Shown: positions 27,936 to 35,808, numbered from the stretch's first letter. The stretch is 52,334 nucleotides of DNA from Candidatus Aquidulcis sp. (GCA_009919005.1 RGCW01000003.1:1-52334), one strand, 5' to 3'. Translations and numbers: made by a program. The notes: generated by a model not told the origin, from the sequence alone.

Positions 27936-28609
27936 CGCGCGGCGAGCGGTAGCTCGTCGAGGCTTGCTAGCACGACGTCAGCGATCTCTGTTGCGCCCGT
28001 CGATGACGGAGCGCCCGGGAGTGGCACAACGACGACACTCATCCCCGCCGCCTTACCAGCGCGCGCGCCCGCGAGTGAATCTTCGATGGCAAGCGAGCGC
28101 TCCGGCGTAATGTTGATGCGGCGACACGCCTCAAGGTACACGTCTGGGAGTGGCTTACCACCCGCAACCTCGTCGCAGCTCACGTAGGTGTGCACGACGT
28201 CGGCGAGACCCAAAATCTCGATCAACGTGGCGATGATGCTGCGTGGGCTCCCTGACGCAATCGCAACGGGGCCGCGCGCCGCAGCGCGGCGAACGGCGGC
28301 AACTCCGGCGGGAATCACCTGCACGCGCCCAGAGCGATAGAGCGACTCAAGGTGGTTGATGGTGCGCGTCGCAATCTCATCGGGATCTGGGTGTTCAAGG
28401 ATCTCGGCCATGGCGCTGCCCCACTGCTGGGTGTTCGCACCGTAGAAGCGATGGAAGTCCTCTTCAACCAGGCGACCACCAACTTCTGCGGCGATGGCGA
28501 AGCGCGCCTCCGCCCAGAGCGGCTCGGTATCGCAGAGCACACCATCCAAATCAAAGACGACTCCATCGGGGTTCAGCACGTACGGCGGGAGGGCGCGACC
28601 TTCAGGCAT
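27932..28609 (-). CDS. HAD-superfamily hydrolase (beta-phosphoglucomutase-like subfamily IA)
   Basis: Motif I VVFDLDGVLCDTE, and IASGS / EDS..G downstream motifs. Confidence 0.75.
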   Translation of the reverse strand: MPEGRALPPYVLNPDGVVFDLDGVLCDTEPLWAEARFAIAAEVGGRLVEEDFHRFYGANTQQWGSAMAEILEHPDPDEIATRTINHLESLYRSGRVQVIPAGVAAVRRAAARGPVAIASGSPRSIIATLIEILGLADVVHTYVSCDEVAGGKPLPDVYLEACRRINITPERSLAIEDSLAGARAGKAAGMSVVVVPLPGAPSSTGATEIADVVLASLDELPLAAR

Positions 28610-28616
28610 AGGCGCA

Positions 28617-28622
28617 AGGGTA
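28617..28622 (-). promoter_or_regulatory. -10 box TACCCT, 7 nt upstream of HAD ATG 28609
   Basis: revcomp of agggta. Confidence 0.45.
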
Positions 28623-28632
28623 GCGGGGCGCG

Positions 28633-28638
28633 TACCCT
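28633..28638 (+). promoter_or_regulatory. -10 box TACCCT, 6 nt upstream of ATG 28645
   Basis: Back-to-back with the HAD -10 box in a 35-nt intergenic region. Confidence 0.45.
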
Positions 28639-28644
28639 ACGCCC

Positions 28645-29478
28645 ATGAGTCCTGTGGTCCGAGAAGAGTCGAGCGCCTGGGGGGCACGCCTGCGCGCCGC
28701 CGCCACCGGAGGCCATCTCACCGACCTCCCCTTTGTGCAGCAGCCAGCATGGGCGGCATCCAAAGCCCTCACGGGCTGGGAGTCGGTGCGCCTCGTCGCG
28801 CAGGATGGCGTCGCATGGGTCGGCGCGCAGTTCCTGATCCAGCGGCTCCCCGCCGGACTCGGTCGCATCGCCTATGCGCCGCGTGGCCCAATAGTTGTTG
28901 CGCCGAACGAGGCCGTAGCCGCAACGCTGCGTGCCGAGCTGCTGCGCGGACTCACCGAGCTTCGCAGCGACGGCGTCACGCTGGTGCGCCTTGAACCGGG
29001 CAACAGCACGCCGCTCCCCGATGAGGCCGACCAGGTCAACCCTGCCGATGATCTCAGCGCCGACCTTCGTGCGCCGTGGCAGGCTGCAGCAACTACCGCA
29101 CGTATCACGCTGCATCGCGCACGACCGGTGCAGCCGTCGACCAGTCGACGCGTTGATCTCACCGCTGGTATGGAGACCGTTCGCGCCGCCTGGCGCAGCA
29201 AGTGGCGACAGTATGCGCGACATGCCACGGAGTCAACAAATTCGGGCAACGAGCTCCGCGCGCCATACGCGCTGAAAGTCACGGCGATGGAGCGTGCCGT
29301 GGCGCGAGGGAGTGCCACCTACGACATGTGGGGGATCTCAACGGCGGGCATTGCGCACTTCAAAGCTGGCTGGGGCGGGGTGCCCGTGGTCTACCCAGGC
29401 GCGTTCGACCTGGATCTCGATCCGATCCGTGGGCCGCTCGTGCGGCTCGCGCTGCGGCTGCGCGGCTTCGGCGCTTAA
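28645..29478 (+). CDS. FemAB-family (peptidoglycan interpeptide-bridge aminoacyltransferase-like) protein, shortened
   Basis: FVQQPAWAASKALTGWE, RIAYAPRGP, WRSKWRQYAR and ATYDMWGI...FKAGWGG match the family layout, but it is only 277 aa. Confidence 0.5.
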   Translation: MSPVVREESSAWGARLRAAATGGHLTDLPFVQQPAWAASKALTGWESVRLVAQDGVAWVGAQFLIQRLPAGLGRIAYAPRGPIVVAPNEAVAATLRAELLRGLTELRSDGVTLVRLEPGNSTPLPDEADQVNPADDLSADLRAPWQAAATTARITLHRARPVQPSTSRRVDLTAGMETVRAAWRSKWRQYARHATESTNSGNELRAPYALKVTAMERAVARGSATYDMWGISTAGIAHFKAGWGGVPVVYPGAFDLDLDPIRGPLVRLALRLRGFGA

Positions 29479-30026
29479 GCCGACAGGCGAGTCATTCGGC
29501 TCGCCACCAGGGTGAGCAGGCCATCAGCCAGCACTAGCCCCCAGATCAGTTGCGGCGCTCCTGTAACGAGGAGACCGAACACGCCGATTGCACTGAGCGT
29601 CATCCCAAAGATGAGCACGGCACGGCTGGACCGTCGCGACCAGAGTGCGCGTGCAACCCAGATCGGCGCAGCCCCAGCCATCCCGAGAGCAACAGCTGCA
29701 ACCATGAGCAGGGCAAGGAGCTGCCGCACCCATGCTCCGAACTCTGGGAGGTTGTTCTGCTCTGCGAGCGCGGCAAGGATCACCGCGATATCAATCTGAA
29801 ACGTTTCAAAGAGCGCCACAACATCTGCTCCAAGCTGAGCGGTGATCTGAGCGCCAAGTGTGGCCCATGTCTCATCCGCGATATCGAGCGCAACAACAGC
29901 AATCGCGACGAGGCTGGCGAGACTGGCGGCGATGAGTGTGATGCCGAGAAGAGCATTGCCCACGGTGGCGGCGATCTGCGCGATCCCGCGGGGAGACTCC
30001 TCAGGCTCATCCAACATGTAGTTCAC
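29475..30026 (-). CDS. membrane protein (4-5 TM), unknown function
   Basis: Hydrophobic helices; 4-nt overlap with the upstream phosphoribosyltransferase gene. Confidence 0.5.
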   Translation of the reverse strand: MNYMLDEPEESPRGIAQIAATVGNALLGITLIAASLASLVAIAVVALDIADETWATLGAQITAQLGADVVALFETFQIDIAVILAALAEQNNLPEFGAWVRQLLALLMVAAVALGMAGAAPIWVARALWSRRSSRAVLIFGMTLSAIGVFGLLVTGAPQLIWGLVLADGLLTLVASRMTRLSA

Positions 30027-30553
30027 TCGCCCCCCTTATACGGATAGGTGATCCATCCATCCGCGAGAGCTGCAGCGAAGTCAGGTGCGCCGGAAATTTC
30101 GCTCCTCCCTGGCTTATGGTGAAGGACGGCCGTACGCACGTGCGCGCCAGCAGCGCGCGCCCGATCCGCCACCAGTGCGAGCGTTCGCCCACTCTCCCAG
30201 ACCTCATCCACGATCAGAATCGATCGCCCCGTAAGCGAATCATCAGATGGCATGCGCGTGATCGACGGCGCTGGTCGACGACCGGCGGCGTCGTAGTGTT
30301 CGGCAACAGCAACGAGCAGGTCACGAATGCCGAGCCGATACGCAAGCATCGCTCCAGGCACTAGGCCACCGCGACTAATCGCGAGGATGGCGTCGGGGCG
30401 CTGGGTTTCGGGAAGTGCCTGGATCTTCTGGGCGAGCGCTTCTACATGCCGGTTCAGCTCCTCCCACGAAAGGACGAGCGTCTCCGTCGTCACCTCAGCG
30501 TACGTGGTCGAGCGCTTGGCTGAAGTCGGCAATGATGTCAGCCGCCGACTCAA
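30023..30553 (-). CDS. type I phosphoribosyltransferase (purine/xanthine-guanine PRT-like)
   Basis: PRPP loop SILIVDEVWESGRTL. ATG 30553 overlaps the upstream fragment by 59 nt. Alternative GTG 30493 lies just after that gene's stop. Confidence 0.7.
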   Translation of the reverse strand: MSRRLTSLPTSAKRSTTYAEVTTETLVLSWEELNRHVEALAQKIQALPETQRPDAILAISRGGLVPGAMLAYRLGIRDLLVAVAEHYDAAGRRPAPSITRMPSDDSLTGRSILIVDEVWESGRTLALVADRARAAGAHVRTAVLHHKPGRSEISGAPDFAAALADGWITYPYKGGE

Positions 30554-31430
30554 TGCCGACGCTGATCCGGAAGATGCCGCCGCGCTTCGGCATCGGGTAG
30601 ACGAGCGTATCCACTTCGCCGAGGCTCACCCCTACGGCACACATCTGTACGTGATCGCTGAAGGCGCGCATCGCGTCGAGCGGATCTACCCCTGCCGCGG
30701 CGCGTGGCTTGAACGAGAGCATGCCGCCCCATCCGCTCGTGAGGAGTCGGTCCGCTACTGCCCGGTCCGGATGCGATGCGAGGCTCGGGTGCCGTACCCA
30801 CTCCACCTTCTCGTGGGCCTCAAGGAACGCAGCGACAGCACTCGCATTCTGGGAGGCGCGTTCAATTCGTAGCGGCAGAGTGCGTGCACCGCGCGCGATT
30901 AGCCAGGAGTTGAACGGCGATGCCGCGCCGCCGAGCAGGTCGGTCTGGCGACGAATTGGATCCACGAGTGCCTTGGAGCCCGCAGCAATTCCACCCAACG
31001 CATCGCCATGACCCGAGACCCACTTCGTTGTGGTCTGCAACACGAGATCTGCACCATGCTCAAGTGGCCGCAGCAAGACTGGGCTCAGGAAGGTGTTGTC
31101 GACGACTAGGAGCGCACCGCCGGCGTGGGCGATCTCTGCAACGGCGGGTAGGTCGGTGATTCGCATCCAGGGATTCGACAGCCCCTCGCAGTAGATGATC
31201 TTGGTGTTCGGCTTCATTGCCGCGCGCACCGCCGCAAGATCGGTGATCGGCACCGGTGTCACCTCGATCCCGCGCGACGGGAAGTCTTCAGCAAAGAGGA
31301 TCTGACTGATGATGAAGAGGTCGTCGGCGACGATCAGATGGTCACCTGACTTGAGGTGGGCGAGGAGCCCAGCGGCAATTGCCGACATCCCTGAGGCTGA
31401 TGCAACCGCACTCTCGGCCCCTTCGGCTTC
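30495..31430 (-). pseudogene. 5'-truncated Cys/Met-metabolism PLP enzyme (cystathionine gamma-synthase/lyase family) fragment
   Basis: Open from 31430 and homologous from ..EAEGAESAVASASGMSAI (family consensus LEG.e.a.afaSGmaAi) to the normal C-terminus SVGIESAADIIADFSQAL. The roughly 70-85 N-terminal residues are absent. In-frame TAA at 31431-31433, and the first ATG is at 31388. Confidence 0.6.
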
Positions 31431-31453
31431 TTACCGTCTTTCGCCATGGCGAG

Positions 31454-31459
31454 AGTGTA
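31454..31459 (-). promoter_or_regulatory. -10 box TACACT, 6 nt upstream of ATG 31447 (opens a 37-codon ORF out of frame with the metB-like fragment)
   Basis: revcomp of agtgta; TANNNT-N6-ATG. Confidence 0.35.
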
Positions 31460-31464
31460 AGGGC

Positions 31465-31540
31465 TGGAGCGGGAGACGAGGTTCGAACTCGCGACCTTCT
31501 GCTTGGGAAGCAGACGCTCTACCAACTGAGCTACTCCCGC
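31465..31540 (-). tRNA. tRNA-Gly (anticodon CCC), CCA encoded
   Basis: Hand-folded cloverleaf. Acceptor GCGGGAG/CTCCCGC, D stem GCTC/GAGC, anticodon stem TCTGC/GCAGA with loop TTCCCAA, and T stem GCGAG/CTCGT with loop TTCGAAC. Confidence 0.92.
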
Positions 31541-31550
31541 GTGGGGGAGG

Positions 31551-31556
31551 AGTGTA
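31551..31556 (-). promoter_or_regulatory. -10 box TACACT, 10 nt upstream of the tRNA-Gly 5' end
   Basis: revcomp of agtgta. Confidence 0.3.
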
Positions 31557-31571
31557 CCGCAGGCTTGCGGT
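31556..31571 (-). terminator. short hairpin ACCGCA-NNNN-TGCGGT after the first ELW-repeat gene (no U-tract)
   Basis: 6-bp perfect stem with a 4-nt loop, 2 nt after the stop codon. Confidence 0.25.
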
Positions 31572-31573
31572 CC

Positions 31574-33049
31574 CTACGGCACCTTCGTCGTGGTCTTGGA
31601 GAGCCACTTGGTCGGCTCGGTTCCGGTGCTTGTCCCAGTAACGCGCACCGCAAGGTAGCGGCCCTTCTGCCCCCGGGTGACCGTGAAGGTTGACTTCGTC
31701 GCCCCTGCGATGGGTGTGCACCACGCCACATTGGTCGTACGCACTGCGGCGATGGGACGCGTGCAGGAAAGCCACTGATAGGTGAAGGTGGGTGCCGGAA
31801 CGCCGCTCCACGTGCCCTTAACCGCCGTGAGCCTCTTGCCAATCTTCGCCTGGCCCGTCACGGTCGGCTTGACCGAGGCTGATGCGCGCTCACTCGCCGT
31901 GAGCCAAGCAAATTCAGCCCCCCTCGCCACGCTTGTCACTTGTAGAAACAGTCGACCGTTGAGGTTGGTCGGATATCCGGTTACCTCGACTCCACTTTCC
32001 GCCGCTGGAATCGCTTCAGTTATTTCACCGTTAGTGCGCCACACTTCGGTGCCGTGAGTGCCGTCATTAGCTCTGAAGTAGAGATAGCCACCGAGGGGCG
32101 TGAAGCCAGCGGGCTCGCCAAAGCCACTCGGATTGATATCTTCCACGAGTTCGGTCGTTGTGCCGTTCGTGCGCCAAAGTTCACGGCCATCGGTGCCGTC
32201 ATTCGCCCTGAAGTAGAGATAGCCGCCGAGGGGCGCGAAGGATTCAGGGTAGCTTGCGCCATCCGGATTGATATCTTCCACGAGTTCGGTCGTTGTGCCG
32301 TTCGTGCGCCATAGTTCCGTGTCGTGAGTGCTGTCAAAGGCCCTGAAGTAGAGATAGCCACCGAGGGGCGCGAAGGATCCAGGGCTGCTATGGCCACCCA
32401 GATTGATATCTTCCACGAGTTCGGTCATTGTACCGTTCGTGCGCCACACTTCGGTGCCGTGAGTGCCGTCAAAGGCCCTGAAGTAGAGATAGCCACCGAG
32501 GGCCGTGAAGAATGCAGGATCGCTATCGCCACCCGGATTGATGTCTTCCACGAGTTCGGTCATTGTGCCGTTCGTGCGCCACACTTCGGTGCCGTGAGTG
32601 CCGTCATTAGCGCTGAAATAGAGATAGCCACCGAGGGGCGTGAAGCCCACCGGCATGCTATCGCCACCCGGATTGATATCTTCCACGAGTTCGGTCGTTG
32701 TGCCGTTCGTGCGCCACAGCTCATAGTCGTGAGTGCCGTCATTCGCCCAGAAGTAGAGATAGCCACCGAGGGGCGTGAAGCCAGCGGGGTCGCTTAAGCC
32801 ACTCGGATTGATATCTTCCACGAGTTCGGTCGTTGTGCCGTTCGTGCGCCAAAGTTCACGGCCATCGGTGCCGTCATCAGCGCTGAAGTAGAGATAGCCG
32901 CCGAGAGGCGTGCCCAGTTCAGGGTAGCTAGGGCCACTCGGATTGATGTCTTCCACATGAATGATTGGCGTGCTAGTCGCACGGGCTGGTGAAATTACGA
33001 TCAGAAGTAGTGAGATCGCGAGGGCGAGTGCACGATGTTTGGCGGGCAT
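31574..33049 (-). CDS. secreted repeat protein: signal peptide, 7 x 45-aa 'ELWRTNGT' repeats (beta-propeller-like) and a C-terminal Ig-like 'GTWSG..P.P.F.YQW' domain
   Basis: N-terminus MPAKHRALALAISLLLIVISPARA. Repeat unit EDINPxGxSxPxxFTPLGGYLYFxAxDGTxGxELWRTNGTTTELV. SD AAGGAG lies 6 nt before the ATG. Confidence 0.85.
   Translation of the reverse strand: MPAKHRALALAISLLLIVISPARATSTPIIHVEDINPSGPSYPELGTPLGGYLYFSADDGTDGRELWRTNGTTTELVEDINPSGLSDPAGFTPLGGYLYFWANDGTHDYELWRTNGTTTELVEDINPGGDSMPVGFTPLGGYLYFSANDGTHGTEVWRTNGTMTELVEDINPGGDSDPAFFTALGGYLYFRAFDGTHGTEVWRTNGTMTELVEDINLGGHSSPGSFAPLGGYLYFRAFDSTHDTELWRTNGTTTELVEDINPDGASYPESFAPLGGYLYFRANDGTDGRELWRTNGTTTELVEDINPSGFGEPAGFTPLGGYLYFRANDGTHGTEVWRTNGEITEAIPAAESGVEVTGYPTNLNGRLFLQVTSVARGAEFAWLTASERASASVKPTVTGQAKIGKRLTAVKGTWSGVPAPTFTYQWLSCTRPIAAVRTTNVAWCTPIAGATKSTFTVTRGQKGRYLAVRVTGTSTGTEPTKWLSKTTTKVP
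32009..32956 (-). repeat. seven tandem 135-bp intragenic coding repeats
   Basis: GATTGAT[A/G]TCTTCCAC recurs at 32131, 32266, 32401, 32536, 32671, 32806 and 32941. 32126-32202 is identical to 32801-32877 (77 nt). Confidence 0.9.
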
Positions 33050-33205
33050 CCTGAACTCCTTGTTGGTCTTTCAGTCGGCACGCAGAGGCCGAATGGCGAG
33101 ACTATGCCATAGCGTGCGACGCCCGCGAAGGCTGTCGCGAAAAACAGAATCTCGAAGCAAATTCGCAGCCTGCCCGGCGAGGGGTGTTGCGAGCTGGAAT
33201 AGCCT

Positions 33206-34900
33206 CTACGGCACCTTTGTCGTGGTCTTGGAGAGCCACTTGGTCGGCAGAGTGCCCGAACTTGTTCCCGTTACGAGGACAGCGATGTAGCGCCCCTTCT
33301 GGCCTCGCGTCACCTTGAAGGTGCTCTTCGTCGCCCCAGCGATCGCGCTGCACGAAGAGATCAAGGTTGAGCGAGGCGCAGAGAGGGCGGAAGTGCAGGC
33401 GTACCACTGATATCGGAAGGAGGGAGTCGGAGTTCCACTCCAGGTTCCCTTTGTCGCGGTCAAGGTCTTTCCGACCTTTGCCGGTCCGGCAATCGTGGGC
33501 TTTACGTTTGCGACGGCACGTTCCATCACAGTGAGCCACGCGAACTCATCACCTGTTGCAGGGCTTGTAACACTTAAGATGAGTCGCCCGTTAGTCTGGC
33601 CCATGACGTAGCCGAAATCGACAGTGCTATCGGCGAACGAGATCTGTTCGGTTACAGAGCCATTCGTTCTCCAGAGCTGATCTCGACCAGCCGACGTAGT
33701 AATTCGGAAGTACAACCAACCTCCGTAGGAGGAGATGTAATAAGGGTGCGAACTACCTACTGGGTTCAAATCTGCGAATAACTCCGTTCTCGCTCCGTTC
33801 GTTCGCCACAGCTCGCGGCCAGTCGTGCCATCTGTTGCATCAAAGTACAGCCAATCTCCGAGCGGGACGAATCCAGTGCTGTTACCAGGTGCTGACGAAC
33901 CAGTCAGGTTGATATCTTCTACGAGCTCAGTTGTTGTGCCGTTAGTGCGCCAGAGCTCACCGCCGGAGAAACCGTCGGTGAAGGAGTAATAGATCCATCC
34001 ATTGAATGCTGTCAGACCGGTTGGGCAACTAACTGCATCCGGAGATGTATTAACGACCAGCGCTGTTGTTAGACCATTGGTGCGCCAGATCTCACACCCA
34101 TCTACGGTATCGTCAGCGGCAAAATAGAGCCAATCCCCAAGCGGCGTCATTTCGTAGATGTATGAGGATTCTGGGCCACCATTGATGTCCTTTACGAGCG
34201 CAGTGATCGTGCCATTTGTTCGCCATAGTTCACGTCCGTAAAATCCGTCAGTGGCTTCGAAGTAGAGCCAGCTCCCCAAGGGTTGGAATTCTTCCGGACT
34301 GCTGTTTCCTGCTCCGGGATTGATGTCTTCCACCAACTCAGTCTCAATGCCGTTGGTGCGCCATAGCTCTCTTCCTTGGACTCCGTCTGCTGCTGCAGAG
34401 AAGTAGACCCAACCTCCGAATTGGGTGAATCCCCACGGTGCAGATCCTGTGGCGCCGACGCGGATATCCTTGACTTGCTCGGTTATGGTGCCGTTCGTGC
34501 GCCACAGCTCCTGTCCATCGGATCCCTCGTCAGCCCTGAAGAAGATCCAATCTCCAACAGCGACAAGATCTTGTGCGGTTGAACCTGTGCCACCGACCCG
34601 AATATCTTCAACAAGTTCCGTGGTTTCGCCATTCGTTCGCCAAAGCTCGCTGCCGTGGATTCCGTCTTGGGCAGAGAAGTAGACCCAAGCGCCAAGCGTC
34701 GCGGCGTAGATGGGGGTTGAGCCCGTTGCACCGGGTCGGATTGCATCCACAACGGTGGGCACCAGCGCGCCAGCGGCACGAACCGGCGCGGCCGCAGCGA
34801 GGAGCAGGGCAAGCAGCAGCGGTAGCAGGGGGAGCTGATGACGTCGCTTCAGATCGACGGTCTCAGTGGCGATCAGGGCCAAAGTCTTGATGCGTCGCAC
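33206..34900 (-). CDS. secreted paralogue: signal peptide, 8-9 more diverged 'ELWRTNG' repeats and the same C-terminal Ig-like domain
   Basis: LPLLPLLLALLLAAAAPVRAAG signal; repeats ..G.W.YF.A.DG..G.ELWRTNGT.TELV.DI. GTG start with SD GGAGGGG 6 nt upstream. Ends PTKWLSKTTTKVP like its neighbour. Confidence 0.85.
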   Translation of the reverse strand: MRRIKTLALIATETVDLKRRHQLPLLPLLLALLLAAAAPVRAAGALVPTVVDAIRPGATGSTPIYAATLGAWVYFSAQDGIHGSELWRTNGETTELVEDIRVGGTGSTAQDLVAVGDWIFFRADEGSDGQELWRTNGTITEQVKDIRVGATGSAPWGFTQFGGWVYFSAAADGVQGRELWRTNGIETELVEDINPGAGNSSPEEFQPLGSWLYFEATDGFYGRELWRTNGTITALVKDINGGPESSYIYEMTPLGDWLYFAADDTVDGCEIWRTNGLTTALVVNTSPDAVSCPTGLTAFNGWIYYSFTDGFSGGELWRTNGTTTELVEDINLTGSSAPGNSTGFVPLGDWLYFDATDGTTGRELWRTNGARTELFADLNPVGSSHPYYISSYGGWLYFRITTSAGRDQLWRTNGSVTEQISFADSTVDFGYVMGQTNGRLILSVTSPATGDEFAWLTVMERAVANVKPTIAGPAKVGKTLTATKGTWSGTPTPSFRYQWYACTSALSAPRSTLISSCSAIAGATKSTFKVTRGQKGRYIAVLVTGTSSGTLPTKWLSKTTTKVP

Positions 34901-34957
34901 GGGCTACCCCTCCAACATGGCGGTGTCGTCGGCTGCGAGCGCAGTCGCGGCGGGGGG

Positions 34958-34988
34958 AGTGTAGCGTGGGGCGCCCGAGGCAGATCAA
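34958..34988 (-). promoter_or_regulatory. candidate promoter of the second ELW gene: -35 TTGATC, 19-nt spacer, -10 TACACT
   Basis: revcomp of gatcaa (34983-34988) and agtgta (34958-34963); would give a 5' UTR of about 50 nt ending in the SD. Confidence 0.3.
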
Positions 34989-35061
34989 TTCGTTGCATCT
35001 CCAACCGCCAGCATGCGCACGGAGCGTGGCGACGCACCCCAACGCTGTCGGGTCCGAGCGG

Positions 35062-35067
35062 TACCCT
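35062..35067 (+). promoter_or_regulatory. -10 box TACCCT, 6 nt upstream of lipB ATG 35074
   Basis: TANNNT-N6-ATG. Confidence 0.45.
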
Positions 35068-35073
35068 TGCGTC

Positions 35074-35808
35074 ATGAGGCTGGAGCGGCGATGGCTGGGA
35101 CGGGTCGGATACGACGAGGCACATGCGCTGCAGCGTGCGCTCGTAGCGGAGCGGGCCGAAGGGCGGGGTCACGACACGTTTCTCACCCTAGAACACGATC
35201 CAGTGATGACGCTCGGTCGCCATGCAGATCCTGCGCACCTGTTGCTGGAAGAGCCGGAGTACGCGGCCCGAGGGATCGCGGTTCGCCGCGTCGAACGCGG
35301 CGGCGAGGTGACCTATCACGGTCCGGGGCATCTCGTGATCTATCCGATCGTCGCCCTGCGCGCCAATGGCATCACCCTCCGCGCACACATCCGTGCGCTT
35401 GAGGCGTCGCTGATCGCAGCGTGTGCCGCCTTTGGAATTGCAGCGACACGGCGTGACGGAGCCCCTGGGTGTTGGGTGGATGATCGCAAGATCGGCGCGA
35501 TCGGGGTTCGTGTGGAGCGCGGCGTGGCTTGGCATGGTGCGGCGCTGAATATCGGACGTGACCTTGCCCCGTTTGAACTGATCAATCCCTGTGGTCATGT
35601 TGGCGTCGTCTCAACATCGGTGGCACTGGAGCGTGACTGGCAGGCGATCGCTCGCGGTGATCGCCATGCGTTAACGGAGGCGGAGCCCGAAGTCCGCCTT
35701 GTCGGCGACGTGGTCGCGGCGGCGTATGAACGGGAGCTTCGCGACTACGTCGCGCACCATACGATTTCGGAGCGCAGTGCGGTTCCTGCAGCTGCTGGGG
35801 GTTCATGA
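35074..35808 (+). CDS. lipB: octanoyl-ACP:protein octanoyltransferase
   Basis: LTLEHDPVMTLGR, RGGEVTYHGPGHLVIYPI and KIGAIGVRVERGVAWHGAALNI. Start moved to ATG 35074; the track ORF starts at 34966. Confidence 0.9.
   Translation: MRLERRWLGRVGYDEAHALQRALVAERAEGRGHDTFLTLEHDPVMTLGRHADPAHLLLEEPEYAARGIAVRRVERGGEVTYHGPGHLVIYPIVALRANGITLRAHIRALEASLIAACAAFGIAATRRDGAPGCWVDDRKIGAIGVRVERGVAWHGAALNIGRDLAPFELINPCGHVGVVSTSVALERDWQAIARGDRHALTEAEPEVRLVGDVVAAAYERELRDYVAHHTISERSAVPAAAGGS

Noticed and set aside
25663-31388. The greA-to-metB stretch (unknown membrane proteins, mycoredoxin-like, HAD, FemAB-like, PRT) considered as one coherent accessory 'system'
   Set aside because: The genes sit on both strands with separate promoter-like boxes, and there are no shared repeats or mobile-element signatures. 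The greA/membrane protein/metB proximity resembles ordinary actinobacterial synteny.
31447-31560. TACACTC on both sides of tRNA-Gly (31453-31459 and 31550-31556), considered as direct repeats from an insertion event
   Set aside because: Only 7 nt. Both copies are positioned like -10 boxes (a third TACACT precedes the second ELW gene), so a promoter role is the simpler explanation.
32009-32956. The regular 135-bp repeats considered as a CRISPR-like or satellite array
   Set aside because: The repeats are contiguous with no spacers. They are in frame within one ORF and encode a 45-aa protein repeat. No cas genes are present.
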